Source: the human T2T-CHM13v2.0 reference genome, Homo sapiens. From it: a DNA stretch of 64,000 bases. Below, piece by piece: positions 18,910 to 34,007 of this stretch. A program made the position numbers and the translations under genes. Below the pieces are notes generated by a model that was not told the origin of the DNA, did no database searches, and saw nothing but the letters and a program-made list of their open reading frames with translations. Each line of letters begins with the position of its first letter. Within the stretch, counting starts at the first letter, position 1. The stretch lies in NCBI RefSeq assembly GCF_009914755.1, contig NC_060946.1. One strand, given 5' to 3'.

Positions 18910-20006
18910 CTATTACTTCTTGAGTCATGCTTTAGATATTTTTCTGGAAAGTTGCCCATTTTGCTTGGGTTTTCAAATTCATTAGTGTAAAGCTATTCAT
19001 AGTATTATTTTATATCTTTTGAATCTCTCCTCTCTAATTTCTGTTATCTCCCTTTTTTTATCCTATATTGATTATTTATGCCTTCAAACTTTGTTCTTAA
19101 TCAATTGCTCCCCAGTTTCATTAATTTTACTCACCTTTTCAAAGAGCCAAATTTTGGTCTTGTTAATCCTTTCTACTATACATTTGTTTCCCATTTAATT
19201 AATTTCTATTCTTATCTTTATTGTTTCTTTTCTTTCTTTTGCTTTGTTCTGATGTTCTTACTTTACTTCTTAGTTTTGAATGCTTAGTTCACGAATTTTT
19301 AGTCTTATTTTGTTCCTAATACAAGTTCTTAAGGCAATACTACTTTAGCATTGCTTTTAATTGTGGTAAAATAGACATAACATAAAATTTACCACAACCC
19401 ACAGTTTTAATATGTAATATTTTATTATGTTTTAGTTCTAAACATTTTTCAACTTTCATTACGATTTCCGTTCTGCTCAATGAGTCATTTGAAAGTGCAT
19501 TGTTAATTTCCAAGAGTTGGGGAAAGAGGCTGTTATCTTGTTCTCTTACCTCGTGATACTGCAGACAAAGAATACAGACGGTGTCACACTGACTCCTTTT
19601 AATGTGTTGAGACTTGCTCTATGACCTACTGTGAGTGTTATTTTCATAAATGTGTATATATTCAGTGTTCCCTATGTGTCTAATAAATCAAAGGTGTTCA
19701 TTGCATTGTTTAGATCTTTCGTATCATTACAAATAAATTTATATTTACCTTGCTTATATTTATCAGCTCTTGAGAAAAGTATGTTAAATCTCCCACTATG
19801 GTGGTGAATTTGTCAATTCTACTTGTAATTCTGTCACTTTTTATTTTTGTTTTTAAACCCTTAGGTTATGTCATCAAATGCATGCAACTTTAGAATTATC
19901 AGATCATGCTAAAATTTTTAATCTTATTGAAATAGCAGCCAACATTTTAAAAATCTTTACTATATTCCAAGATCTGACACAGACCTAGCACTCAGTAAAA
20001 TGTGGT

Positions 20007-20465
20007 AGAAATAAGAAAAAGAAAGAAAGAGAGAGAGAGAATGAATGAAAAGAGAGAAGAAAGAAAAGAGGAAGAAGAAAGAAAGAAAGGGAGGGAGGGA
20101 AGGAAAGAAAGAAAGAAAAAGAGACAGAAAGAAAGAAGGAAGAAAGGAGGGAAGGAAGGATGAGAGAGAGAGAAAGAAAAAGAGAGAAAGAAAGAGAGAG
20201 AGAAAGAAAAAGAGAAAGAGAGAAGGAAGAAAGGAGGGAAGGAAGGATGAGAGAGAGAGAAAGAAAAGGGAGGGAGGGAAGGAAGGAAGGGAGGAAAGTA
20301 GAGTGAGAGAGAAAGAGAAAGAAAGAGAGAGAGAGAAAGACAGAAAGAAAAAAGAAAGAAAGAAAAGAGAGGAAGGGAGGGAAGGAAGAAAGGAGGGAGG
20401 GAGGGAGACAGAGAGAGAGAAAGAAAGAGAGAGAGAGAAAGAGAGAGAGAGAGAAAGAAAGAAAA
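20007..20465 (+). repeat. GA-rich polypurine low-complexity tract
   Basis: About 460 bp of almost only A/G (GAAA, GA and GGAA units). Confidence 0.95.
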
Positions 20466-21905
20466 CATTGAGGGGATGCCTAGGGTGTCCCTGGCTGGCA
20501 CCCTGGAGTCAGAGCTGGGGAACATTTGCGTCCAGGTCCACTCTGCCTTGGGGGTCATCCTGTGTTCAGTGTCACAAGCAAGAGAGGTGACAGGGAGGGC
20601 TGGCAGCTCTGGGCAGTCCCCAGGTGCTGGAGTTGAGTCCCCAGCCTGACAGGGTTTTCCCAGAGTGGCTCTGAGGTCAAATTCCGAGGAGCTGATGGAA
20701 ATCCCACTGACTGCCCCCCACCCGATCCCCAAACCCAGCTCCCTGGGCTGACCGCCCTGGGCCACTCTTCAGTTCCAGTCACCTCCCTACCTCTAGGAGA
20801 GGATTTTCTCTTCGAAGATCCCCCATGAAGAATGCGGGTCCCTCTCTCCATCAGGGACTTTCCTGATGAGAAAACCAGCATTCTGCCCCCAGAGCCAGGC
20901 TCTGTGCCCCAGACACACCCAGATACCAAACAGAACCAAGCTCCCACTGCCCCACACCTCAGGTCCCAGGAGGCCCTCCCAGCGGGCCCCACAGGCCACT
21001 CTCTAACTGACGGGCTGATGAGAGCTGCCCCTCCCATCCTTGAGCAGGTACACACCCCCCACCCCTGCTTCCTACACCTGCGCCTCAGGCCTCGGTCTCA
21101 GTCCCTTCTCTGTACACCCTCTGAGGTCGCTTCAGTCAGGCTAGTTCCCAGATCTCTCTCCACTGCCTACTGGAGATGCCTCCTACCCCCACCCAGGACA
21201 CCCCACTGCCCTCTTGAATCCAGCAGTCTCTTCTATCCCAGTACAACACAATCATCCCAGCCCCCTAAACTGGGACCTAGACCACAAATATTTTTAAAGT
21301 TTTTTTGTTACATTTTAATATTTTCATACTACTTTTGAATGGGTAATGCATCCCCATGGTCCAAAATACAGAAGGCACAGGTCCACCTTGCAGCCCATCT
21401 GCCCAGCACTCAATTCCCCTTCCAGAGGCCACCTCTGTCACTGACGTATCTATGTCCCTCCAGAGATGTTCCAGTGGAAGAAAGCATTCTCCACTTCCTG
21501 TCTCTCATCCCAATCTGTCCTGCACCTTGTTGGTTTCCATTAACTATTTACCTTGAAGTTTGTCCCACATTCGTTGACGAAGAGCTTCCTCTATATGGAC
21601 AGAATTCCATTGTGCAGACTTGCTAGAATTAATTTGATTAGTTCCTGTTGAAGGAAGGATAGGATTCCCCGCCTTTTGCTACCACGAGAAAGCTGCCATG
21701 AATAACAGCGCACACGTGCCATTTCGCCCAGATGCAAGTATCTGAAGGCAGCCTTCCCCAACAGGGGGTTTGCTGGGTGACAGAATGGGTGCATCGGTGT
21801 CAAATGGCCCTCCACCAGGGTTGTATCTATCCATCCTCCCACCGGCGGTGTGTGGGAAAACTGGCTTCCCCACCAATACGGCGTTTCAGGCAATGTTCTT
21901 ATTTA

Positions 21906-22341
<436 letters not shown>

Positions 22342-22720
22342 CTACTTTCTTATTCGGTGTTGGTCTTTTTGATTGATTTCCATGTTAGGGGGACTCACTT
22401 CTGGTCCATCACACAAGTTACAGCCATATGTTCCCAGGTGGCCACTGGCACTTTGGCTTAACTGATGGTGACTTGAGCCACGTGGACTTCTGCATATTTA
22501 AATAGTTTGGTTAATCAATCTTCTCTTTTATGGCTTCTGGGTTCTTTGTGATTTTTAGAAAGGTCTTTGCCATTCTGAAATTATATTTTTCAAACAGTTT
22601 ACTATAGTTTCTTCTTATAGTTTTGTGGTTTCATTTGTTACACTGAATTATTTGACATGACTCATTATCCCATTGCACAGTGTAAGGTAGACTCAACTTT
22701 ATAGTTTTACAGATGGCTAC

Positions 22721-23963
22721 TGTAAACTAAAAATACAATTATAAGCCCTCCAACTGACTAAACAAACCACTTCTTGGCCAAAGGGACCTCAGAAAAACTT
22801 TTATTTTTATTTATTTATTTATTGAGACAGAGTCTCGCCCTGTCGCCCAGGCTGCAGTGCAGTGGCACTATCTCGGCTCACTGTAACCTCTGACTCCCAT
22901 GTTCAAACCATTCTCCTGCCTCAGCCTCCTGAGTAGCTGGGATTACAGGCACCCACCACCACCATGCCCAGCTAATGTTTGCATTTTAGTAGAGACAGGG
23001 TTTCACCATGTTGGCTAGGCTGGTCTCGGACTTGTGACCTCAAGTGCTCCCCCTGCCTCTGCCTCCCAAATTGCTGGAATTACAAGCGTGAGCCACTGCA
23101 CCTGGCCCAGAAAAACTTTTAAAACTGAGATCCCAACCGTGATGGAAGGGGAGGTCAGACACGCCTCATTATACACCTCCCTTTCGCAGTTGAGACACAA
23201 CTGACCAGCAGTAATGTTAAAACAGAACCATAAATTAAAAAAAAAAAAAAAGAACCATAATATGGACAGAACAGACTTTGTGGCAACACAATACCAAATT
23301 ACAACCAGGACCTCAGGCCCTGCCAGGTGAGGGTGAGGTCACACACCCCACACTTAAACCGTGAACTCTGTCCTGCCTCCCACAAGGTGTTTCTTTTGCT
23401 CTGGCAGCTAAACAAGCCGCTGCCTCGAGATAAGCCAGATGAAATCAATCACAGCTCATCCAGGGCCCCTACGCTGAGCAACTGAGCCCCTGCTCCAGGC
23501 CCTAATTCCAGCCTTCATTAGAGAAGAGACTGATTTCAGTAGCTTTCTCCAGATCAGAAGACCACGGACCACGGACCAGTTCTGGCCGGTTTGCAGAAGC
23601 TCCGCGCCCGTGTTCCGAAGACCTTTAGCGGTATAGGGCCTAAGTGTAATGCATTTACATGTTAAGTCTCCACCCCAAAGTGAACATGGGTAGTGTATCA
23701 CATGCATGTTCTTTCAATATGCATCCGTCAGGGCCACCTTCATGAATATGCATAGCTCCTCCTGTAGCCTGTTGAATATGTATGTTTAGCCAACGCCTTT
23801 AGCATAAAGCTGCTACCCCAACCCCTCCTCTTTTGAAGTGCCTGTCTCTGGCCTCTGCCACATGCCATGTGCAGGATGGCCACCTTGCAGGCTGTAACTC
23901 TTTAAAGAAATAAAATCTCCTTTCTAAATATATAAATTGTGTGATTTTTTTTCCCAGTTAACA
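22721..23963 (+). mobile_element. MER4-group ERV1 solo LTR with an internal Alu
   Basis: TGTAAAC...GTTAACA termini, near-TSD ctac/gtac, AATAAA near the 3' end. Confidence 0.75.
22799..23107 (-). mobile_element. AluS inside the LTR
   Basis: TSD cagaaaaacttt. Confidence 0.9.
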
Positions 23964-24509
23964 GTACCCATTGACCAACACAATTTACCCTGAACGTATA
24001 TTCCTCCAGCGAGGCTCATACAAAACCTGGACGTGGATTTAAAACTAGTTCCCGGCAGGGCGGTGTTCTTGGTGCTTTTCCTCTCGGCCGCAGCTTCTGC
24101 CGCCCTCAGGGCCCCGTGGCTCCTCTCTCCGAAATATTTCATGAATCCGCCTCCTTCTCTCGCTCTCCACCTTGAGCTTCAGTTGAGAACTCCGCGTTTC
24201 TCCCTGGGAATGTAGAGATGCGTTAGTGCCGGGAGAGGGCGTTGCGAGATTTCCAGATTGCGCGTGGCATCCTGTCTTCCCCGTCGCTCTGGGACAAAGC
24301 CCCCTCCCCTTCCTACCCAACCAAATCCTCTTCCTACTGGACCTTGGGGTGCCCCCTCTAGGCCCTCAGCAGTCACCACTCACCCCCTCCCTTTCTTAGC
24401 CCAGTCCCAACCTTATCGTGGAAGGGTAGGAACAGAGTCCCAGCCCAGCCTGCCTGTCCACCTTCAGGCACCAAACACCCTGAGGTCTGCACCAGCCGTT
24501 GCTCTAGCC

Positions 24510-24944
24510 CAGCGGTCCCCAACCTTTTAGGCACTAGGGACTGGCTTCGTGGAAGACAATTTTTCCACGGATTTGGGGGGATGCTTTTGGGATGATGCAA
24601 ACACATTTATTGTGCACTTTATTTCTATTATTAATTGTAATACATAATGAAATAATTACACAACTCACCATCATGTAGAATCAGTAGGACCCCTGAGCTT
24701 GTTTTCCTGCAACTAGACGGTCCCATCCGGGAGTGATGGGAGACAGTGACAGATCATCATCAGGCATTAGATTCTCATAAGGAGCCTGCAACCCAAATCC
24801 CTCGTATGCGCAGTTCACAACGGGGTTCATGCTCCCATGAGAATCTTATGCCACGGCTGATCTGACAGGAGACAGAGCTCAGGCAGTAATGCGAGCAACG
24901 AGGAGCAGCTGTAAATACAGATGAAGCTTCTCTGGGGACCCCTA
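24510..24944. mobile_element. MER1A-like hAT-Charlie element
   Basis: TIRs cagcggtcccca / tggggaccccta; degenerate 8-bp TSD ctctagcc / cgctagtc. Confidence 0.85.
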
Positions 24945-25339
24945 CGCTAGTCCACAGAGGCGGGAGAAGTGGAGCGGCTTCTCCTCTCCAAACAATGCAC
25001 CCCTCCATCCCCATCTCATCTCCTCCCATGGGCAGGTCTTGGGCAAGGCTTCATTCTCACTAGAAAAATCACCCTCCCTCCCCCATGGGCTTCCGGCTCC
25101 TGCCTTTCTCCTGGAGCCCTGGACCCGGGTGTCCATCCTCCAGCTCTGGGTGGTCCAGGGGCTTCTGATGCTGGGCATCTGGACATGGAGGTTGTGGGGA
25201 AAGGTTCCTTGAATAGTCGGGGAGAAGGGTGGAGAAGATCGGCCCTTGCCAGCAAGTCCTCTGTCAGGCCAGCATCCCATGGTTAACAAGCTCGTTCTGG
25301 GTCCATTTCTCTGGGTAAATGGCAGTGTACAAATAGAAG

Positions 25340-25952
25340 TCCCTGCCCCCAGAGAGCTCACATTCCAGGTGGGAGACAGACAATAAACAAGCTAGCAACA
25401 AATACAATCACAGTGGCAGGTGGTGAAAGCGCCATGAAAAAATGACCAAGGAGCCTTCGCTCACACACTGGATTTCTTCTGGGCGCGAGCAGAAAAACCG
25501 GCGAATCCTGATCAAGAAGGCACCCTCTGGTGGCCATATGAGGAATAGGCCACAGTGACACCAGGGCGGACGCTGAGAGACCCGGTGGGGCCATGGCAGT
25601 GTCCAGGCAAGGGGACGGAGGCTTGGGCCAGGGAGGTGATGGTGGGAAGTGTAAGAAGTGGCTGGACGGAGAGTTGGTATTGTAGAGGCTTTAGGACTTG
25701 CTGAGGGAGTCAAGAATGATGTTGGGTTTCATTCTTAGCACCTTGGCGGATGGAGGCACCATTTAACTAGGAGGGGGTGGCCGCGGGAGGAGTGGGCTTA
25801 GAGCATCCAGGAATCAAGCTTCTGTCCTGGACATTTTGGGTGAGAAGCCTGTTGAACATGAAGCTGTTGAGTGTTTGGATAGAATATTCTGGAAAAGGGG
25901 AAGGGTCCAGGCTGGAGGCATAAGCGTGGAGTTGTCCCAACGTAGATGGCAT
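25340..25952. mobile_element. L2 fragment
   Basis: ccctgccc..agagctcacatt..ggagacagacaataaacaa and ggggtccaggctggagg-like L2 motifs. Similar fragments lie at ~5050-5520, 56770-57050 and 62375-63250. Confidence 0.55.
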
Positions 25953-25953
25953 T

Positions 25954-26643
25954 TGCTATTGACCGAGTGTTTACATCCCTGAGAACGTATATATTGAATT
26001 CATATGTTGAAAACTAATTCCAGCGTGATGGCATTTGAAGGAGAAGCCTTTGGGAGATGATTAGGTCATTAGGGAAGGGCCCTCGTAAGTGGGCTTGTCA
26101 CCTTTATAATACAGGCCCTGAGAGCTAACTAGCCCCCTCCACCACGTGAGGATACAGTGACGAGTTCACCATCTATGAACCAGAAAGCAGGTCTCACCGG
26201 ACATTGAATCTGCTGGCACCGTGGTCTTGGACTTCCCATGCTCCAGAACTCTGAGAAATGAGTTTCTGGGGTTGTTGTTTTGTTTTGTTTTTTGAGACAT
26301 GGTCTCACTCTGTCGCCCAGGCTAGAGTGCAGTGGTGAGATCTCAGCTTCGTAGTATATTTTGAAATCAGGTAGGGTGATGCCTCTGGCTTTGTTCTTTT
26401 TGTTCTAGATTGCTTTGGCTACTCAGGGCCTTTTGTAGTTCCATACAACGTTTAGGGTTTTTTTTTTTTTTTTTTCTGTGAAAAATGACGTTGGGATTTT
26501 GATAGGGATTGCACTGAATCTGTAGCTCTTTGGGTGCTATGGACATTTTAACAATACTGATTCTTCCATTTCATGAACACAAGATATCATTCCGTTTATT
26601 TGTGTTTTCTTCCATTTCTTTTAGGACTCCAGAGACTAAGTCA
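25954..26643. mobile_element. MLT1A-like LTR interrupted by an L1/Alu chimeric fragment
   Basis: attcatatgttgaaa...gcctttgggagatgattaggtcat...tcttggacttcc...ctccagaact; gactaagtca terminus at ~26634-26643. Confidence 0.65.
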
Positions 26644-27599
26644 GTATTTAAAGCAGCAGGAGGCCACCCAGGGAAGGAATGCAGCTCAAGACCCCATCCA
26701 CCCAGCAGCAGCAGATGGTGGTGGGAGAAAGTCTAGGGGGCAAACTCCACTTTCAGCCTCAGCAAGGACCCTCACTGAATGCTAGGGGGCTCTCTCTCAC
26801 CCCTACTCCCCACTTCCCACCAACCCCATTCTCAAACACCAACTTCTTCTTCCAGAGGTGACCTCAGTCTCCACTCTACTCAAGCCCATCTCAAGATGAC
26901 TGTGCCCTCTTCCTCCAACTTTCTACCTCTCCCACTCACGAGCTCTGGGGTCAGGCTGTGTCTCCACCCGCCTCCTCTGCTATCTGGCCGTGTGTCCCCA
27001 GTGAGTGGCTTCACCTCTGCAAACTGCTCTCCCATTGCTGATGGGGGCACCTCCCTCTCTGGATAGCCATGAGCACGGGGTGCAAGTATGTGTGTCATGT
27101 ACCTAGAAGGAAACTGGCACGTAGCAGACTCTGGATAAATGTCAGCATGAGTGTGATGGGGCTGGCTTTCTCCTTTTTATCTTGTATTCCTCTCCCCACT
27201 TCTAGGGTGTCACTCTGCTCTTTCTCCAATGTCCTCAGCCTCGTTCTACTGTCTCCCTCATCTCACATCCGGTCTCTCCCATCTTACAAAGAAGCAGCCC
27301 AGGGGTTTTGTCTTCGAGACCCCTCCGGCTGCCATCCACCGACCCTACCTCCCCTCCCCTGCCCTCGCCTCCAGGAAACACCCACTGCACCCTGGTTTCC
27401 TCCATGGTCAGTGAGAGTGAGATTGGACACCATTATTGGCACACAAAGATGGGGAATCTGGAGACTGGGCCGAGGAGGGCTGGGGACCAGGGACCCCAGA
27501 GAACCAAAACCTGGGAAGCTAAATCTCCATCCTCTTCCACAGCAGTGTCCTCCTGGTGTTTGACCCACTTCTGTGGATTACAGCGTGTTTTTAGGGGAA

Positions 27600-28278
<679 letters not shown>

Positions 28279-30023
28279 GGTGCTAACGGCTCCCACAATG
28301 GATGGCCCTACACCACCACTCCAGTGAAAATGCTCCCTTGAGGCTCACCTACGTATGACGTCCAGGTTTCTAAATCCAACGGTCACTTCTTGGTCCTTGT
28401 ATCAGTCATGTTTCAGTGTAAGGACTAGAAGCCACATTAGGTATCTTAAGCAGAAAGAGATTGAACATAGGAAATTCAGCACCTACAACATCATAAGATG
28501 TACTCAGGGAGCGTGCTCCAGGGCCAGTTTCCAGAAATGACTCCCAGGACACCACAGAACTGACCAAGAGGGGCTGCCACCGAGGCCACAGCCAGGAAGG
28601 TGAGGAGTCAGGGGCCACCTCTAAATCCCCCACTGTGGCTGCCACCCAGGGGTTAGGATGCTACCACCACTGCTGTACCCGAATCTTGAGCCTCAGGAAG
28701 TCGGAGTCCAGATACTACGACACAGGGTCCAGCACTGCGTCCTCTGCTGCAACTGCTTATTGACACCCACAAGGTCACTTGCCAGCAATGACTGCCAAGA
28801 GCAGCAAGAAGACAGCTGCTTTCCAAATCTCATGGGAGCAAATCCCATTGGTAGGATCTAATTCACATCCAGAATCATAGCTGCAAGGGATCCGGGAGGA
28901 AGGGTGGCTTTAGCTTGCTAGCCTCTGCAGTATAGGAGGGTGAGGCGGGGTAGAATGGAAGGTGAGTGAGTCGACCTGGGCCCTAGCCCACTCCTACCCT
29001 GCCTCTCTGCATCACTTGGCTAGGGCCACTCCCTCCCCTTTTCAATATTTTTCCAGTTGTCTCCTTGCACTGGTTTGGGCTCCTCTGTCTCACTCCATGT
29101 GTCAGCACACTCATACTCCACTGCAGACAAGCAGCAGGGCTTGCTCGGGCAGGGCTTTGTTGATCTCACTCAGCAGGGTGTCAGGAGGCAGCCTGGGACT
29201 GGAGCTGCAGCCCAGCAGTGCCATCAGAAACCTGGGCCCTTCTGTGTTTTGGTCCCATCACCCTCAGCACTTGCTCTGCCCCTCATGCTTACCGTTGAGA
29301 GCTGCAAGTTGGCTGCACCTGCCAGCCTCACACCCACTTTCCAAGCAGCAGGGAAGGGGGCCAAACACTGCCTTCTCCTCATGAGAATTTCCTTTTATTC
29401 AGGAAGGGCCACCCTCTCCAGGGACCCTGGTTGGCCAGAAAGGTCACATGGCCATCCTTGGCTGCAAAGGAGGCTGGGAAATAACAATTTAGGTTTCAGA
29501 CTCTGTAGTTAGTAGAGGAAGGAGAGCTGGAGAGGGATTGAGAATAGCTGTTGAGTGAGCCTACTTTTTAATATTTGTCATAGCCATAAAGGGAATTAGC
29601 TGGCTCACGTAACCAAGTTGTCTGGGCTTCCAGCATTGATGATGCAGAGGCCCATATGATACCATCCAGCCTCAATAGCTGTTGTTGCACATCTCCCCAC
29701 TCACCTTCCTCTGCTGTGGCTTCATTCTTAGGATCCTTCTGGTACTTAGAACTCCAGATTCACATCATCTTCCCAGCTGGACATCACAACTGGAAAGGAG
29801 TTTTCTTTGTCTAGTTGTTCCAGCAAAAGTCCCAGGACTGAATCTCACTGGACTTACTCAGGTCACCAAACCACTCTTGAACGAGTTGCCATAGCCAGGC
29901 AATGGAATACCAGCTGGACCTCTGTTCCATGGGTCACGTGAGTCCTGGGCCCAAGCCCAGGTACTAAGAAAGGAATAAACTCCCCCGCTCAATGGAAAGA
30001 GGAGCACAGAATTTGCAGCCATC

Positions 30024-30333
<310 letters not shown>

Positions 30334-30905
30334 CTACTGCCCACTAAGCTGGCTCAGCCCCCTGTAGAAACAGCACCATCACCCGCCAGTCTCCCAGGCT
30401 GGAAACCTCAAAGTCATCCTTCACTCTGCTCACCTTCACCCTCGATTTTTCACCAGGACCAGTCAGTTTCAGTATCTAATTACCTCTCACAAAGGTCCCT
30501 CACACCCCAGATCCTCTGTACCCCCAACCATCAGCACCCCTGGCCTGGGCCTTTGTAACAGCCTCCTAAGAGGCCTGTCTGCATTTAATCTGTCCATCAA
30601 GTCCTTCCTTCACATGACAGCCAGAGTGACCTTTCTAAACTGCAAATCAGGGCTCACCTTGGTTCCCGGTTCTCAGGTCTCCACCATCTGGCATGTGACC
30701 CAGAGGGAGTGAGGACACCTCTCCAAGGCTCAGCCTCACTCATAGGCAAGGCAGGCTCATAACAGAATCTCAAAGGGTTGTACTGAGGAGCACTTGGGAC
30801 AAGGCATTGAACGACCCCTCGGTGGCATCTGGCACAAGAGACATTTCCCACCAAGGAGGGTTTCTTTCTTACCTATTGCCAATCTGAAAAAAATAAGAAG
30901 AGTAA

Positions 30906-31286
<381 letters not shown>

Positions 31287-31956
31287 TAAAGCCACACGCA
31301 TACACTCACTCAGCGTTAAGTGCGTGCTCCTGCCCACCAGTGTACACAGAGGTCGCCCAGTCTCCACCTCTGTGGCTTGCACATGCTGTCCCCACCACCC
31401 GGTGCCCTTCCCTCTTCCAAGCCAGCTCTCCTAACCCAACCCCTACACCTGACAACCCCTTCCCCAGTTCTCCCCATGTGGAATCCATCCTTACCACTCC
31501 CGTTCATACTGTTTCAAGAACTCGTTACGTGTCAGCGGAATCATCCTGGATTGGATTGCCTCCCCCATGTGACGGGCTCCTAGGGGTCCAGCCCTGTTCC
31601 CGGCCAGAATCCAGCCCCACGGATACCTGGGTATTGGGGCTGAAGGACCCTCAGAGGTCCCCTCGTTCACAGGGGAGCCCCAGGCGGTGGGTTCTCTGAG
31701 TGCCATCCCCGCGGCGACCACGCAGGGGAGCCCGCGGGCTGGCTTTGGTCACCTAGGAAACCGACGAGGGGTGGGGCAAGGAGGGCCAGACCCCTGCCCC
31801 GACTCTGGTCTGGCTCCTCCTGTGGGCCTCGGCTCTGGAGAGCTGAGAGACCCCAGGCCCACTCCCCTCGGCCACTCGTGGCCGTGCTCTGTGCTGACTG
31901 CCTTACATGGATTATTTCATTACATTCTGCAAAACTTCCCTTGTTTGAAAAAATGA

Positions 31957-32350
<394 letters not shown>

Positions 32351-32763
32351 TGAGGCCCAGAGAGGGAAGCTCACTATAGCGGGGCAGCCAGCAGTAACGG
32401 GGAGGAGCTGGCCATGTCTGCCCAGCTTGGTGGCCTGATCTCAGGCCTGAGCCCCTCTGTGCGGGTCTCGCACTGGGTGCCTCCCAGAGCTTTCTAGGGT
32501 TTTTGGTGGCCTTTTAAAAAACTTTTCTGTAGGGCTTCATTTGTGTTGTTTTAATTGTAGTGAAATATACATAACAGAAAATGTACCATTTTTACCATTT
32601 GAAGTGTAAAGTTCAGTGACATTAAGTACATTCACAATGTGCAACTTTTTTAAGGTTGCAAAACTGAAACTCTAGCCCTACCCAGAGCAATTGGGCAAGT
32701 GAAAGAAAAAAATGGCATCCAAACTGGAAAGCAGGAAGTAAAATTGTCCCTTTTTGCAGATGA

Positions 32764-33270
<507 letters not shown>

Positions 33271-33650
33271 CATGAATAAATTTAACCTAAGAGGGAAAAG
33301 ATCTCTATGATGAAAATTATAAAACACTGATGAGAGAAACTGAAGAGGACACAAAAACATGGAAAAATAACCCATGTTCATGGATTGGAAGAATTAATAT
33401 TGTTAAAATGTCCATACCACACAAAGGGATCTACAGATTCAATATAATCTTTACCAAAATATCAATGACATTCATCACAGAAATAGAAAAAAAAAATCCT
33501 AAAATCTGTATGCAATCTGTATGGACAAAGCATTCAGGGCCTTTGAGCAAAAGGAAGAAAGCTGGAGGCATCACACTACCTGACTTCAAAACATACCACC
33601 AGGCTATAGTAACCAAAACAGCATGGTACTGGCATAAAAGTAGACACATA

Positions 33651-34007
<357 letters not shown>

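Noticed and set aside
19992-20765. 257-aa (-) and 181-aa (+) ORFs
   Set aside because: Translations of the stop-free GA tract (poly F/L/S and K/E/R).
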